In this document: positions 9,679 to 20,586 of the stretch, piece by piece
How the letters are laid out: each line of letters opens with the position of its first letter
How positions within the stretch are numbered: the stretch's first letter is position 1
From: Lysobacteraceae bacterium
Lineage (GTDB): Bacteria; Pseudomonadota; Gammaproteobacteria; Xanthomonadales; Xanthomonadaceae
Direction of reading: 5' to 3'
DNA length: 64,000 bases
NCBI GenBank assembly: GCA_026005075.1
Contig: BPKJ01000009.1
Coordinates: 3,435 to 67,434 of the forward strand
Notes under the pieces: generated by a model
Databases searched by the model: none
Told to the model about the DNA's origin: nothing
What the model saw: only the letters and a program-made list of their open reading frames with translations
Translations under genes and position numbers: made by a program

Positions 9679-11724
9679 ATGTACCGCTGGTTGGGCAGCG
9701 GCTTGCTGGTCTTGGCGGCACTGGCCGGTGCCAGCGAGAAGTCCGCGGAACAGGCCGTCGAGCAGTACCGGCAGATCGCGCAGCTGGCGCGGGAGGACCC
9801 CGACGCCGCGCGCGCGGAGCTGGGGCGCTGGCAGCAGCGCCTGGAAGGCGCGGGCGATCCCGATGCGCGCGCGGCGTGGCACCGGGCGCGGGCGCTGCTC
9901 TACCGCCGCGAAGGGCGCCACGACCTCGCCGCCACGGAGCTTGTGCAGGCCCTGGCCTTGCTGGAGGCGGTGCCGGACTCGGTGCAGCGGCCCATGGCGC
10001 AGGTCGAGCTGGCGGTGAGTCACGCTCTGTCCGGCCTCCATGCCGACGCGTTGCCGTTGTTCCGGGAGGCCGCCGAGCGCTTCGCCCGCCTCGGCGACTG
10101 GCAGCGGGCCTCGGCGGCGCTGGCCAACCTCGGCAACAGCCTCGACGCCGGCGGAGACCGTGCCGCGGCGCGCAAGGTCTACGCCGAGGCGCTGGCGATG
10201 AAGCGCGAGCATGGCATCGCCCGCGGCCAGTCCAGCCTGCTCAACAACCTCGCCGACCTCGACGAATCCGAGGGCCTGCTGCCGGCAGCCGCCGCCCGTC
10301 TGCAGGAAGCGGTCGAGCTGGCCCGGCAGGACGAGGACGAGGACAGCCAGGCGCTGGCGCTGGCCAACCTCGTGCGGGTGCTGGCGCGCCAGGAACGGTT
10401 CCAGGAGGCCGAGGCGATGCTGGCCGAGCTCGACCGGCTCGCCGCCAGCCGGCAGCCGCGGCGGCTGGCGGCGCGGCACGAGTCGGCCGCGCTGCTCCAT
10501 CGCGCGCGTGCCGAGGCGGCCACCGACCCGCACGAGCGCGAGCGGCAGTGGCAGGCGGCCCTGGCCATGGTCGAGCGTGCCCTCGCGGTGGCCGAACACT
10601 TCGACGAGCCGGAGCGCAAGGCGCGCCTGCTGCACCTGGCCGGCGAGCTGGAAGCGGCGCTCGGTCGACCGCAGAAAGCCGTGCAGCGCCTCCTCGCCGC
10701 CGAGGCGGTGCAGGCTGCGCTGGAACGGCGCCGGCAGGGCGAGCGTCTGGCGCAGCTGGCCGCGCGCGATCAGGCCTTGCAGCGTTCCCGCGAACTGGCC
10801 GCGGCGCAGCGCCTCGCGCAGCAGCAGCGGTGGATGCTGGCCGGCGCGTTGCTGGCGCTGGGGCTGGCGGTGGCGGTCGGCTTCGGGCTCTGGCGATGGG
10901 GGCGCCAGCGGCGGCTGCGCGCGGCGGAGCTGGCGGCGCTCACCGGCGCGCTGGGAAAGGCGCTCGACCACGCCGAAGCCGAGCGCCAGCGGGCGGAGGC
11001 GCTCGCGGCGCAGCAGGGGCAGCTGCTGCAGCAGGTCGGCCTCGAGCTGCGGGATCCCTTGCTGCGCATCCGCGGCAGTGCGGAGCGGCTGATGGTGCAG
11101 GCCGCCGTCGATGCCGGATTGCGGCTCGAACTGGGGCGGATCGCGCAGGATGCGGCCCGGCTGGTCCATGCCGCCGAGCAGATGGCGGAGAGCGCCGCAA
11201 GGCAGGCGCTCGCGGCACGCCCGGCAGCGGTCGAGGCCGGCGCACTGGTCCGCGCTGTGCTCGCCGAGCTGGAGCGCTGCCGTCCGGCCCCTGCGGGCGG
11301 CTGCACGCTTGAATCGCCCGCCACCCCGGTGCTGGCCGCCGTGGACGGCGAACGTCTGCAGCTGGTCCTGCTGGAGCTGTTGCAGTACCCGACCGCGGCC
11401 GGACCGGGCCGACCCCGCCGCATCCGCGTCGAGGGCACGGCCGACGGCGCCCGCGTCTGGCTGGAGGACCCCGGCGGGAAGCTCTGGGCCATGCTCGACC
11501 CGCAGCAAGCCCCCGCCACGGCGGCGCCGGGCGGACGCTTAGGCCCGTTCTGGATCCGTCGCACGCTCGAGGCGCTCGGTGTCCGCCTCGGCCGTAGCGC
11601 CGCCGGTGCCGCCCTGCACCCGGCCCTGGTCCTGGAGTTGCCGGCCGGAGCGGTCGGGGATGGCGCTGGCGATCCACCAGGCCAGGCCGAGCAGGGCAGC
11701 GCTGGCGAGGAAGGGAAGCCCTGA
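9679..11724 (+). CDS. TPR-repeat membrane sensor with degenerate histidine-kinase domain (pseudokinase)
   Basis: Signal-like N-terminus, TPR repeats (ALANLGN, LLNNLA, ALANLVR), TM WMLAGALLALGLAVAVGFGLW; H-box reads GLELRDPL, with N and G boxes degenerate; RBS GGAGG at 9667. Confidence 0.75.
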   Translation: MYRWLGSGLLVLAALAGASEKSAEQAVEQYRQIAQLAREDPDAARAELGRWQQRLEGAGDPDARAAWHRARALLYRREGRHDLAATELVQALALLEAVPDSVQRPMAQVELAVSHALSGLHADALPLFREAAERFARLGDWQRASAALANLGNSLDAGGDRAAARKVYAEALAMKREHGIARGQSSLLNNLADLDESEGLLPAAAARLQEAVELARQDEDEDSQALALANLVRVLARQERFQEAEAMLAELDRLAASRQPRRLAARHESAALLHRARAEAATDPHERERQWQAALAMVERALAVAEHFDEPERKARLLHLAGELEAALGRPQKAVQRLLAAEAVQAALERRRQGERLAQLAARDQALQRSRELAAAQRLAQQQRWMLAGALLALGLAVAVGFGLWRWGRQRRLRAAELAALTGALGKALDHAEAERQRAEALAAQQGQLLQQVGLELRDPLLRIRGSAERLMVQAAVDAGLRLELGRIAQDAARLVHAAEQMAESAARQALAARPAAVEAGALVRAVLAELERCRPAPAGGCTLESPATPVLAAVDGERLQLVLLELLQYPTAAGPGRPRRIRVEGTADGARVWLEDPGGKLWAMLDPQQAPATAAPGGRLGPFWIRRTLEALGVRLGRSAAGAALHPALVLELPAGAVGDGAGDPPGQAEQGSAGEEGKP

Positions 11725-12882
11725 CCAGGGGCCGCCACCGAGGCCGCGCAGTGCGGCGGCGAAGACCTGGGTGAACAGGGTCGGCGCGAACACGCCGGTC
11801 AGCGCGACGAGACCGGTGACCGCACCCTGCAGCTTGCCCTGGTCGCCCGCGTCCACCTCGCGCGTCATCAGGCTCTGCGCGCAGGGGCCGACCAGCCCCC
11901 AAAGCGCCATCAGCGGAATCGAGGCGAGGAAGGTGGCCCCATCCGGGGCCAGGCCCTGCCAGGCGAAACCCAGCCCGCCGCAGGCCAGCCCCAGCAGCAG
12001 CCCACGGCGCTCGCCGATCCGGGGTACCCAGCGGCGCACGCCCACGGCCTGGACCAGCACGTTGCAGATCCCGACCAGCGCCAGCACCCCGCCGACCCGA
12101 GTCTCCCCCCAGCCGTAGCGATGGGCGGCGTAGAGCACGAACACGCTGGGCAGGGCGTAGTGCGCGAACTGCGAGAGCACCAGGACCGTGGCGAGCCGGC
12201 CGACCCGGGGACGGCCGCGGAGCATCCGTACCGAGGCCAGCGGATGCGCGCGCCGCCAGCGGAACGGTGTGCGCCGGGAGCGGGGCAGGGACTCGGGGAG
12301 GATCAGCAGCCCGTAGAGGAAGTTGGCCAGCGACAGGCCGGCCGCGACCTGGAACGGCAGCCGCAGCTCGATGCCGCCCAGCAGCCCGCCCAGCGCCGGC
12401 CCGACCACGAAGCCGAGGCCGAAGGCCGCACCCAGCAGGCCGTAGCTGGCGGCGCGGCGCTCGGGCGGGACGATGTCGGCGATGTAGGCGTGGGCGGTGC
12501 TGACACTGGCCGAGGTCAGGCCGGCGAGGACCCGGCCGAGGAACAGCACCGGCAGGCTTCCGGCCAGCGCCATCAGCAGGAAATCGAAGCCCAGCCCGAG
12601 GTTGGACAGGAGGATGACCGGCCGGCGGCCGAAACGGTCGCCGAGCGCGCCCTGCACCGGCGAGGCGAGGAACTGCGCCAGCGCGAACGCGCTGCCGAAG
12701 GCCCCCACCCAGAGCGCGGCCTGCGCCACGCCGCCGGCGAGCCGTTCGATCAGGTGGGGCAGCACCGGGATGACGATCCCGATCGCGAGGATGTCCAGCA
12801 CCACGGTGACGAACAGGAACAGCAGCGTGGCGCGGCGCAGGGGGCCGCGGCGCCGGCGCAGATCCGGATCGAGCCCGCTCAC
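11539..12882 (-). CDS. MFS transporter, TCR/Tet (DHA1) family
   Basis: [16 protein letters not shown], motif [41 protein letters not shown]; GTG start overlaps folE stop. Confidence 0.88.
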   Translation of the reverse strand: MSGLDPDLRRRRGPLRRATLLFLFVTVVLDILAIGIVIPVLPHLIERLAGGVAQAALWVGAFGSAFALAQFLASPVQGALGDRFGRRPVILLSNLGLGFDFLLMALAGSLPVLFLGRVLAGLTSASVSTAHAYIADIVPPERRAASYGLLGAAFGLGFVVGPALGGLLGGIELRLPFQVAAGLSLANFLYGLLILPESLPRSRRTPFRWRRAHPLASVRMLRGRPRVGRLATVLVLSQFAHYALPSVFVLYAAHRYGWGETRVGGVLALVGICNVLVQAVGVRRWVPRIGERRGLLLGLACGGLGFAWQGLAPDGATFLASIPLMALWGLVGPCAQSLMTREVDAGDQGKLQGAVTGLVALTGVFAPTLFTQVFAAALRGLGGGPWSGLPFLASAALLGLAWWIASAIPDRSGRQLQDQGRVQGGTGGATAEADTERLERATDPERA

Positions 12883-13463
12883 GCTCCGGAGCGGGTCAGG
12901 CGGAGGAACTCGTCGCGGGTGCGTGCATCCTCGCGGAAGCTGCCCAGCAGCGTGCTGGTGACCATGCTCACGCCGCGCTTGTGGATGCCCCGTGTGGTCA
13001 TGCACTGGTGCTCGGCCTCGATCACCACGCCGACCCCGCGCGGCCGGAGCACGCGGTCGATGCACTCGGCGATTTCCGCGGTCAGCTTCTCCTGCACCTG
13101 CAGCCGGCGCGCGAAGCCTTCCACCACCCGCGCCAGCTTGGAGATGCCGACCACCTTGCCGTCCGGCAGATAGCCGACGTGGGCGCGGCCGACGATCGGC
13201 GCCAGATGGTGCTCGCAGTGGCTCTCGAAGGGAATGTCACGCAGCACGATCAGCTCGTCGTAGCCGGCGACCTCCTCGAAGGTGCGCAACAGGTAGGCCT
13301 CGGGGTCCTCGCGGTACCCGGAGAACCAGTCCTCGAAGGCGCGCACGACCCGGGCCGGGGTGTCGCGCAGCCCCTCCCGCTCGGGGTCGTCGCCGGCCCA
13401 GCGCAGGAGGGTACGGACGGCCTCCTCGGCGCTGGCGCGGTCGGGACGTGGGTGCGCACTCAC
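12879..13463 (-). CDS. folE: GTP cyclohydrolase I FolE
   Basis: [50 protein letters not shown] motifs. Confidence 0.95.
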   Translation of the reverse strand: MSAHPRPDRASAEEAVRTLLRWAGDDPEREGLRDTPARVVRAFEDWFSGYREDPEAYLLRTFEEVAGYDELIVLRDIPFESHCEHHLAPIVGRAHVGYLPDGKVVGISKLARVVEGFARRLQVQEKLTAEIAECIDRVLRPRGVGVVIEAEHQCMTTRGIHKRGVSMVTSTLLGSFREDARTRDEFLRLTRSGA

Positions 13464-13539
13464 GATGGCAGGCTCCTTGCGGTGGGGTGGGCATCGGGGA
13501 CGCGGACGGCGTGCATGCGGGCTCCCGGGTCCTGGCGGA

Positions 13540-14352
13540 TCAGCGCCGGAACTCGTCCTGCAGCGCCTCGAAGTCGGGCACCTCGAACTCGTAGTCCGGG
13601 AGCAGGTAGTCGGGCAGCTCTTCCGAGCAGTCGACGATCTGGCAGCGCCGGTTCTGCAGGTAGACGTCGCGGACCAGCACGTATTCGTCCGCGGCCTCCT
13701 CGAGCAGGGTCTCCGCCGGCAGTGCCCGGGCACGGGCGCTGACGCCGTAGAGGATCGAGTATTCGGGCCCATGCTCGCGCGAGAGCCAGTCGATCGGACT
13801 GACCCGCGCGTTGACCGCCTTGCCCAGTCCGTCGCGCAGGGTCGCCGGGCCGAAGATCGGCAGCATCACGTAGCGTGAGCGCTGCCAGCCCCAGCGGCCC
13901 AGGGTCTGCCCGAAATCGGCGCGGTGGCTGGGCAGCCGTGCATGGGTGGCGGGATCGAGCACGCCACCCAGGCCCAGCGTGGTGTTCATCAGGAACCGGG
14001 CCAGCGATTGCAGCGCGTGGCGCGGCCGCCCCTGCAGGAGCAGGTTCACGCTGACCACCGGCTCGAGCAGGTTGTCGAAGAAGTGGCCGACGCCCTGCTT
14101 GACGAGGCTCGGTGTGACGCGGTCGTAGACGCGCGCCACCGGGCGGAAGATCAGCTTGTCCAGCCCGCGGTTGAAGCGGTACATCGGGCGGTTGAAGCCC
14201 TCCCAGGGATCGAGTTCGCTGGAGGAGCTGAGCGCCGCCCCGGTCGAGCGCTCGGGGTCGGGCGCGGCGGCGCGGGCCGTCGCGAGGAGCGACAGCGCTG
14301 CCAGCAGGGCGGCCAGCGCGACCGTGGGCCAGCGGGTCGAGGGATCAGCCAT
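13540..14352 (-). CDS. mlaA: MlaA/VacJ outer-membrane lipid asymmetry protein
   Basis: [55 protein letters not shown]; lies at the end of the mla operon. Confidence 0.92.
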   Translation of the reverse strand: MADPSTRWPTVALAALLAALSLLATARAAAPDPERSTGAALSSSSELDPWEGFNRPMYRFNRGLDKLIFRPVARVYDRVTPSLVKQGVGHFFDNLLEPVVSVNLLLQGRPRHALQSLARFLMNTTLGLGGVLDPATHARLPSHRADFGQTLGRWGWQRSRYVMLPIFGPATLRDGLGKAVNARVSPIDWLSREHGPEYSILYGVSARARALPAETLLEEAADEYVLVRDVYLQNRRCQIVDCSEELPDYLLPDYEFEVPDFEALQDEFRR

Positions 14353-14605
14353 CGTCGTCTCCGAGCGGAGCGAGGCGGTGCGCCTCCAGCAACTGGCGGT
14401 AGTCTGCCGGAACGTGCAGCAGGCGGGTACTTCCGCCGGCGGCCCGGCTGCGGCGCTGCAACTGACGGATCAGCGCGACGCCCGCCGAGTCGAGCCGGGT
14501 GACGGCGGACAGGTCGATGGCCTCCACCGCCCCCGCGGCACGGTGACGGGCCCACAGCTCCGGCACCCTGCCCGCGTCCACCGCGCCACCGAGCTCGATC
14601 CGCAT
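14345..14605 (-). CDS. mlaB: STAS-domain protein MlaB
   Basis: IDLSAVTRLDSAGVALI STAS motif; position between mlaC and mlaA. Confidence 0.85.
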   Translation of the reverse strand: MRIELGGAVDAGRVPELWARHRAAGAVEAIDLSAVTRLDSAGVALIRQLQRRSRAAGGSTRLLHVPADYRQLLEAHRLAPLGDDDG

Positions 14606-14609
14606 TGGC

Positions 14610-15221
14610 TCAGCCCTCCCCGGGGCGGATCTCGCCGCGGGCGAGCTTGGCGGTGAGGCTGTCCAGCGATTCGCTGCGCAGGAGCTGGTCGAACTGGCTG
14701 CGGTAGGTCTGCACGTAGCTCACGCCCTCGACGATCACGTCGAAGGCCCGCCAGCCCGCGGCGGTCTGATGGAACAGGTAGTCGACCGGCACCGGCGGGC
14801 CGGAACGGCGCTGGATCTCGGTGGCGACGCGCACGATGCGGCCGCCGCGCAGCGGCGTCTCGGCCTTGACGCGCACCTCGAGGCCGGGGTCGACCTCAAG
14901 CAGCGCATCGCCGTAGCGGCGCAGCAGGTTGCGGGTGAGGGCGTCGGCGAAGGCCTCGAGCTTCTCGGCATCCACGTCGCGGCCGTTGCGTCCCAGAACG
15001 AGACGGGCCGAGTAGTCACGGTCGAACACCGAGTCCAGCTGCTCGCGCACGAAGGCGTGCAGGGCCTCGGGGTCCTTGCGGAAGGCCTCGCGGCGTTCGG
15101 CCAGGGCCGCCAGCACGGCGCGCGAGCGCTCCGCGACGAGTTGGCCGGGGCTGGCTTCCGGCCCCGCCTTCGCGGGCAGGCCGGCGGCAAGCAGCAGGAA
15201 GGCAAGAAAAAGGGTGCGCAT
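14610..15221 (-). CDS. mlaC: Phospholipid-binding periplasmic protein MlaC
   Basis: Signal peptide; ARLVLGR and WRAFDVIVEGVSYVQTYRSQF motifs. Confidence 0.9.
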   Translation of the reverse strand: MRTLFLAFLLLAAGLPAKAGPEASPGQLVAERSRAVLAALAERREAFRKDPEALHAFVREQLDSVFDRDYSARLVLGRNGRDVDAEKLEAFADALTRNLLRRYGDALLEVDPGLEVRVKAETPLRGGRIVRVATEIQRRSGPPVPVDYLFHQTAAGWRAFDVIVEGVSYVQTYRSQFDQLLRSESLDSLTAKLARGEIRPGEG

Positions 15222-15259
15222 GACGGACTCCGGAAACAGGATGGAAACCAGGGCAGGCT

Positions 15260-15733
15260 CTACTCGCTGGCCGGTCGGGCGCCGCCGTCGCCGCTGCCGA
15301 ACATGTACTTGCCGATCAGCTGCTCCAGCACGACCGCGGACTGGGTGAGGACGATCTCGTCGCCCGGCCGCAGCGGCTCGGGGTCCCCGCCCGGGGTGAT
15401 GCCAATGTAGCGCTCACCCAGCAGGCCGCTCGTGAAGATGCCCGCCGAGCTGTCGGCCGGCAGCTCGCCGGCGGCCGGGGTCAGGTACATCGTCACCACC
15501 GCTTCAAAGCTGCGCGGATCGAGCTCGACCCGGGTCACCTCGCCGACCTTCACGCCGGCGATCTTGACCGGCGCCCTCGGCTTGAGCTCGCCGAGGTTGG
15601 AGAACCTCGCGGTGAGCTCGTAGCCCTCGCCGCCGAGACGGTCGCGGGAGTTGGTCGAGGCAAAGGCGAGCACGAGGGCGCAGGCCAGCCCCATCAGGAT
15701 GAATACGCCAACGCTCCATTCCAGTCGTTGCAT
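15260..15733 (-). CDS. mlaD: MCE-domain protein MlaD
   Basis: LTARFSNLGELKPRAPVKIAGVKVGEV, TSGLLGERYIGITPG. Confidence 0.93.
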   Translation of the reverse strand: MQRLEWSVGVFILMGLACALVLAFASTNSRDRLGGEGYELTARFSNLGELKPRAPVKIAGVKVGEVTRVELDPRSFEAVVTMYLTPAAGELPADSSAGIFTSGLLGERYIGITPGGDPEPLRPGDEIVLTQSAVVLEQLIGKYMFGSGDGGARPASE

Positions 15734-15763
15734 CTTGGCTCTCTCCGCACGCATCCAACGGCT

Positions 15764-16507
15764 TCAGTAAAGGGTCGCACCGAGCACGAAATCGAGGAAC
15801 AGCACCAGCAGGGAGCCGAGGACGACGGACCGCGTGGTGGCGACCGAGGTCCCCTCGATGGTGGCCTCGGCCGCGTAGCCGACGTGCACCGCGATCAGGC
15901 TGCAGGCGAAGCCGAAGGCGGTCGCCTTGGTGAAGCACTGGCCGAAGTCCTTGGCAAGGTCGACCGAGTCCTGCAGCGCGCTCCAGAAGAAGCCGCTGTC
16001 GATGCCGAGCACCCATACCGCCTGCAGGTAGGCGCCGAGGATGGCGAAGGCGCAGAACACCGCAGTGAGCAGGGGCAGGGCGATGAAGCCGGCCACGAAG
16101 CGCGGCGCCACCACCTTGCCGATCGGGTCGATGGCCATCATCGACAAGGCCATGATCTGATCGGTGGCGCGCATCAGTCCGAGCTCCGCGGCCATCGACG
16201 AGCCGGCGCGGCCGCAGAACAGGATCGCCGCCAGCACCGGTCCAAGCTCGCGGTAGAGCGGAATGCCGATGGCCGTGCCGAGGGCGCTGCTGGCCCCGAT
16301 CACCTCCAGCGCCCGGTAGCCCTGCAGCGAGATCACCAGCCCGACGAACAGCCCCCCGACCGCGATGATCGGCAGCGAGCGCGCGCCGACCGTGTAGCAC
16401 TGGACCACGATGTCGTGGAGCTGGCCGCGGCGGAAGTGCAGCGATCCGAGGATGCGCGCGAACAGGATGCCGAGCCGCCCCAGTTCGCCGATCAGGCCGG
16501 AGCTCAT
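15764..16507 (-). CDS. mlaE: ABC permease MlaE
   Basis: RELGPVLAAILFCGRAGSSMAAELGLMRATDQI, ATTRSVV. Confidence 0.93.
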   Translation of the reverse strand: MSSGLIGELGRLGILFARILGSLHFRRGQLHDIVVQCYTVGARSLPIIAVGGLFVGLVISLQGYRALEVIGASSALGTAIGIPLYRELGPVLAAILFCGRAGSSMAAELGLMRATDQIMALSMMAIDPIGKVVAPRFVAGFIALPLLTAVFCAFAILGAYLQAVWVLGIDSGFFWSALQDSVDLAKDFGQCFTKATAFGFACSLIAVHVGYAAEATIEGTSVATTRSVVLGSLLVLFLDFVLGATLY

Positions 16508-17286
16508 GCGCGGTGCCCCCTGTAGTCGAAACCGATGGGCCCGTCCGGCTGGCCGTCGAGAAACTGCCGGAGCAGGGGGTCCTCGGTGCGGACGAGTGCT
16601 TCCGGGCTGCCGTCGAACACCACGCGGGCGTTGGCCACGACGAGGACGTGATCGGCGATCTCGAGCGTCTCGCGGACGTGGTGGGTGATCACCACCGAGG
16701 TCATGCCCAGATGGTCGTTGAGGCGGCGGACGAGCGCGAGGATGACCCCGCAGGCGATCGGATCGAGCCCGGTCAGCGGCTCGTCGTAGAGCATCAGCGG
16801 CGGGTCGAGCACCAGCGCCCGGGCCAGCGCGACCCGTCGCGCCATGCCGCCCGAGAGCTGCTGCGGCATCAGTTCGCCGGCCTCGGCCAGGCCCACCGCC
16901 GAGAGCTTCATCCGCACCAGCTCGGCCAGCACCTCCTCGGGCAGGTCGGTGTGCATGCGCAGGGGCAGGGCGACGTTCTCGAACACCGAGAGGTCGGTGA
17001 GCAGGCCGTTGCCCTGCAGCAGCACGCCCATGCCGCGACGGAGCGCGAACAGCTCGCGCTGGCTGGGCCGCGGCAGCGGCTGCCCCAGGACCTCGATCCG
17101 GCCCGCGCTGGGAGCCAGCTCTCCGGTGATGGCCCAGAGCAGGGTGGACTTGCCGGCGCCACTCGGTCCCAGCACCGCGGTCACCGCCCCCTTGCGCAGG
17201 GCGAAGCTGGCATCGCCGACGATCAACCGCGAACCGCGGCGGAGGTCGACCTTGTCGAAGCGGATGGCAGGTTCGGCGGGCGTCAT
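16504..17286 (-). CDS. mlaF: ABC ATPase MlaF (alternative start 17328)
   Basis: Walker A GPSGAGKS, signature LSGGM, YDEPLTGLDP. Confidence 0.92.
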   Translation of the reverse strand: MTPAEPAIRFDKVDLRRGSRLIVGDASFALRKGAVTAVLGPSGAGKSTLLWAITGELAPSAGRIEVLGQPLPRPSQRELFALRRGMGVLLQGNGLLTDLSVFENVALPLRMHTDLPEEVLAELVRMKLSAVGLAEAGELMPQQLSGGMARRVALARALVLDPPLMLYDEPLTGLDPIACGVILALVRRLNDHLGMTSVVITHHVRETLEIADHVLVVANARVVFDGSPEALVRTEDPLLRQFLDGQPDGPIGFDYRGHRA

Positions 17287-17366
17287 CGGCGGGGCAGGCG
17301 GGGGGCGGCCGCGGGGGCCGCTCACCATGTCCGCAGCAGCATGAAGGGATTCTGAAGGGGACGCCA

Positions 17367-18116
17367 TCATGACCTCTGGCCTGCGGCGGTGCCAGCGTCG
17401 CGCTCCGGGAGAGCCGGGGACGCCGTCTCCAGCCGCCAGCCGAACAGGTCCAGGGCACGCTGGAACCCGGCGTCCAGCGGGGCCTCGACCTCCACCCGCC
17501 GGCCCTGCCCGTCGGTCCAGCCAAGACGCCAGGCGTGCAGCAGCATGCGGTGGACGCCGCGGGCCCGGAACATGCGGTTGCGCTGGCCGTCGCCATGGCT
17601 GGTATCGCCCACCAGCGGGTGGCGGATGTGCTTGAGGTGACGGCGGATCTGGCGGAAGCGCCCGCTCAGCGGCCGACACCGCAGCAGGGCGAAGCGCGCG
17701 GTGGGAAATCCGGCCGCCGCTTCCGGCAGCTCGCCTCGGGCCAGCACCTCGAAGGCCGTGCGTGCCGGCTTGCGCGTCGGCTTGCCGGGGCCGCCATCGA
17801 GCGGATGGTCGATCAGCCCGGTGTCCTCCGGCCAGCCGCGGCAGACGGCGAGGTAGTCCTTGTCCACCTCGCGCGCCATCAGCCGCCTGCCCATGGCGGT
17901 GGCGGTGTCGCGGTCGAGCGCCAGCATCAGGCAACCGCTGGTCGCCCGGTCGAGGCGGTGGACGAGGAACACCGGCCCGCCGAACTGCCGGCGCAGACGG
18001 TCGATGGCGAACTCGGACTCGCCGCGGGCCAGCGCCGAGTCGTGGACCATCAGCCCGGCCGGCTTGTCCACCACGACCAGGGCATCGTGCTGGTAGAGGA
18101 CGGTCAGTGCGGACAC
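17367..18116 (-). CDS. truC: tRNA pseudouridine synthase (RluA family, TruC-like)
   Basis: VVDKPAG, catalytic HRLDRATSG, GRFRQIRRHL, GDTSHGD, MLLHAWRL. Confidence 0.85.
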   Translation of the reverse strand: MSALTVLYQHDALVVVDKPAGLMVHDSALARGESEFAIDRLRRQFGGPVFLVHRLDRATSGCLMLALDRDTATAMGRRLMAREVDKDYLAVCRGWPEDTGLIDHPLDGGPGKPTRKPARTAFEVLARGELPEAAAGFPTARFALLRCRPLSGRFRQIRRHLKHIRHPLVGDTSHGDGQRNRMFRARGVHRMLLHAWRLGWTDGQGRRVEVEAPLDAGFQRALDLFGWRLETASPALPERDAGTAAGQRS

Positions 18117-18126
18117 CGTGACCCCG

Positions 18127-19782
18127 CTAGCGGCGCCGCGGCCACGCGGCATGGAAGGCGCCGAGCGCGCCGAGGGCGGCGATCCACACCGCGGCCGCCA
18201 CGCCGAAAAAGCGAGGCCCGCCGGCCTCGAGCGAGTAGAGCACCGCCGCGGTCACCATCAGGCCGGTGCCGAGGATGGCGTAGACGGTCTTGCGCTGGCC
18301 CTCGCGGCTGGCCTCCACCAGCGCGCGCAGCTCCTCGGAATGCATGACGAGATGGTGCTGGCCGTTGGTCTGCTGGCGCAGCCACTCGCGGACCAGGCGG
18401 GGCATGTCGGGCGCATGGGTGACCAGTTCGGGGATGCGCTTGACCAGCTCCCGCCTGAGCTGCGTGGCGCTGTAGCGCTCGCGGAGGATCCTTTCCAGCA
18501 CCGGGTGGGCGACGCCGAAGATGTCCAGCTCGGGGTCGAGCAGCCGCCCAAGCCCCTCGATGTTGAGCAGGGTCTTCTGCAGCAGGATCAACTGCGGCTG
18601 CAGGGTCAGCTCGTACTGCCTCGCGGTGCGGAACAGCTTGGCCACCACCTCGCCGAGGGCGATCTGCGCCAGCGGGCGGGTGAAGTAGGGTTCGCAGACG
18701 GCGCGGGTGGCGGCCTCGAGTTCGTCGATGCGCACCGTCGCCGGCATCCAGCCGGCCTCCACGTGCAGTTCCGCGATGCGCCGGTAGTCGCGCTGGAACA
18801 TGGCCATGAAGTTCTCGGCCAGGAAGTACTGGTCGCGGCTGGTGAGCTGGCCCATGATCCCGAAGTCGAGCGCGATGAAACGCGGGTCCGCCGGCCGGGT
18901 CGGGTCGACCCAGATGTTTCCGGCGTGGGCGTCGGCGTGGAAGAAGTTGTCGCGGAAGACCTGGGTGTAGAACAGGCGCACACCCTTGGCGGCGAGCAGC
19001 CGGCGGTCGATCCCGGCGGCGTCGAGGGCGGCGATGTCGTCGCTGGGTATGCCGCGCACGCGCTCCAGGGTGAGCACCCGCCGGTGACTGTGGCTCCAGT
19101 ACACGGCGGGGATGTACAGATCCGGCGAATCGAGCCAGTTGCGCCGCAGTACCGAGGCGTTGGCACCCTCGCGCTGGAGGTCGAGCTCGCCCTTGAGCGT
19201 GGCCTCGATCTCGGCAATGACGTCGAGCGGCCGAATCTTGTCGGCCCGCGGGTGATGCCGCGCGGCGATTTCGGCCAGCGCCCGAAGGAGGGCGAGGTCG
19301 GCCTCGATCCTCGCCTCGATGCCGGGACGCAGCACCTTGACCACGACCTCCGTGCCATCGGCCAGCCTCGCGGCATGGACCTGGGCGATCGACGCCGAGG
19401 CCAGCGGGGTCCGCTCGAACTCGACGAACAGCGCGTCGATGGGCTTGCCCAGTTCCTGCTCCACGATCCGTTGCGCCTCGCCGCCGTCGAACGGCGCCAC
19501 CCGGTCCTGGAGCAGGGCCAGTTCCTCGGCGATGTCCTCGGGCAGCAGGTCGCGCCGGGTCGACAGCACCTGTCCGGCCTTGACGAAGATCGGGCCCAGT
19601 TCCTGCAGGGCCAGGCGCAGGCGTGCCCCCCGGGACAGGCCTGCGACCTCGCCGCGGGCCTTGGGCACCAGCGGCCGCAGCACGCGCAGGAGGGGCTCGG
19701 CGCCGCCGCCCTCGAGCAGCGAGTCGAGCCGGTAGCGCACCAGCACCCGCAGGATGCGGGCGGCGCGGAGCAGGCTTCTCAT
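18127..19782 (-). CDS. ubiB: Ubiquinone biosynthesis protein kinase-like UbiB
   Basis: [51 protein letters not shown]. Confidence 0.95.
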   Translation of the reverse strand: MRSLLRAARILRVLVRYRLDSLLEGGGAEPLLRVLRPLVPKARGEVAGLSRGARLRLALQELGPIFVKAGQVLSTRRDLLPEDIAEELALLQDRVAPFDGGEAQRIVEQELGKPIDALFVEFERTPLASASIAQVHAARLADGTEVVVKVLRPGIEARIEADLALLRALAEIAARHHPRADKIRPLDVIAEIEATLKGELDLQREGANASVLRRNWLDSPDLYIPAVYWSHSHRRVLTLERVRGIPSDDIAALDAAGIDRRLLAAKGVRLFYTQVFRDNFFHADAHAGNIWVDPTRPADPRFIALDFGIMGQLTSRDQYFLAENFMAMFQRDYRRIAELHVEAGWMPATVRIDELEAATRAVCEPYFTRPLAQIALGEVVAKLFRTARQYELTLQPQLILLQKTLLNIEGLGRLLDPELDIFGVAHPVLERILRERYSATQLRRELVKRIPELVTHAPDMPRLVREWLRQQTNGQHHLVMHSEELRALVEASREGQRKTVYAILGTGLMVTAAVLYSLEAGGPRFFGVAAAVWIAALGALGAFHAAWPRRR

Positions 19783-20423
19783 CGCGTGGCCTCGCGGCGG
19801 GGCGCGAGGCGGTCGAGCCTTGCCTCCAGCCGCTCCACCGCTTCGCGCAGCGCATCCACCTCGTCGAAGAAGGCTTCCTGCTCGGCCCGCGAGACGAGGT
19901 CGCGACGCTCCTCGACGAGATGCTCGACGCCGCCGCGGAGCAGGCCGCGGCCCAGCTCCCGGCCCTGCCGCAGGGCCTCGCGCAGGGCCTGCGCGATCTG
20001 CACGCCGAGGACCTCGCCGAACACGCCCGCAAAGGCGTCTTCGAGATCGGGGTCGAAGTCCGCAGCCAGCCGTTGCAGCTGGCGGGCGAGCTCGACGTCG
20101 CCCTCGATGCGGAGCTGCCCGGGTGCGGCCGCCGGCGTGCCCGGAAGCAGCCGGCTCAGCACCGCACCCAGGCCGGCCTTCAGGCGCAGGTCGGGCTCGG
20201 GGTCGGAGGCGGCCGGGCCGACGCGGATGCGCCCGGCCTCCACGCGGAGTTCCATGCCCAGCGGAGGCGCGGCGAGGTGGAGCTGGATGCGGCGGCCCTC
20301 GAGCTCCGCCAGCCGCTCGCGCGCCTCGGGGTCGAGGGCAAGAGCGCGGCCGAGGGCGGCCTCGAGCAGGGCGCCGGCCGCCGGCAGGGCGGCCCGCAGA
20401 GGGTTGGGAGCAGGCGGATTCAT
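19779..20423 (-). CDS. ubiJ: Ubiquinone biosynthesis accessory factor UbiJ (SCP2 domain)
   Basis: [35 protein letters not shown]; stop overlaps ubiB start. Confidence 0.9.
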   Translation of the reverse strand: MNPPAPNPLRAALPAAGALLEAALGRALALDPEARERLAELEGRRIQLHLAAPPLGMELRVEAGRIRVGPAASDPEPDLRLKAGLGAVLSRLLPGTPAAAPGQLRIEGDVELARQLQRLAADFDPDLEDAFAGVFGEVLGVQIAQALREALRQGRELGRGLLRGGVEHLVEERRDLVSRAEQEAFFDEVDALREAVERLEARLDRLAPRREATR

Positions 20424-20586
20424 GCGGCCATTGTAGGCCGGATGCAGGTGCGGACGGGTCGGCGCTGCGGCGCCGGCAACCGGAAGCCGGACCCAGGTGG
20501 CGAGCGGCCGCTGCGGTCTGCCCGGGGTCCGGCACGTCCTCGCCAACGGCCGCACGCCGACCCGCACGCTGCGGGTGTTTCCCCTC

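Noticed and set aside
11539-12882. Tet-family MFS as an acquired tetracycline resistance gene
   Set aside because: No tetR or mobile element; codon style matches the host and it is translationally coupled to folE, consistent with a chromosomal DHA1 transporter of unknown substrate.
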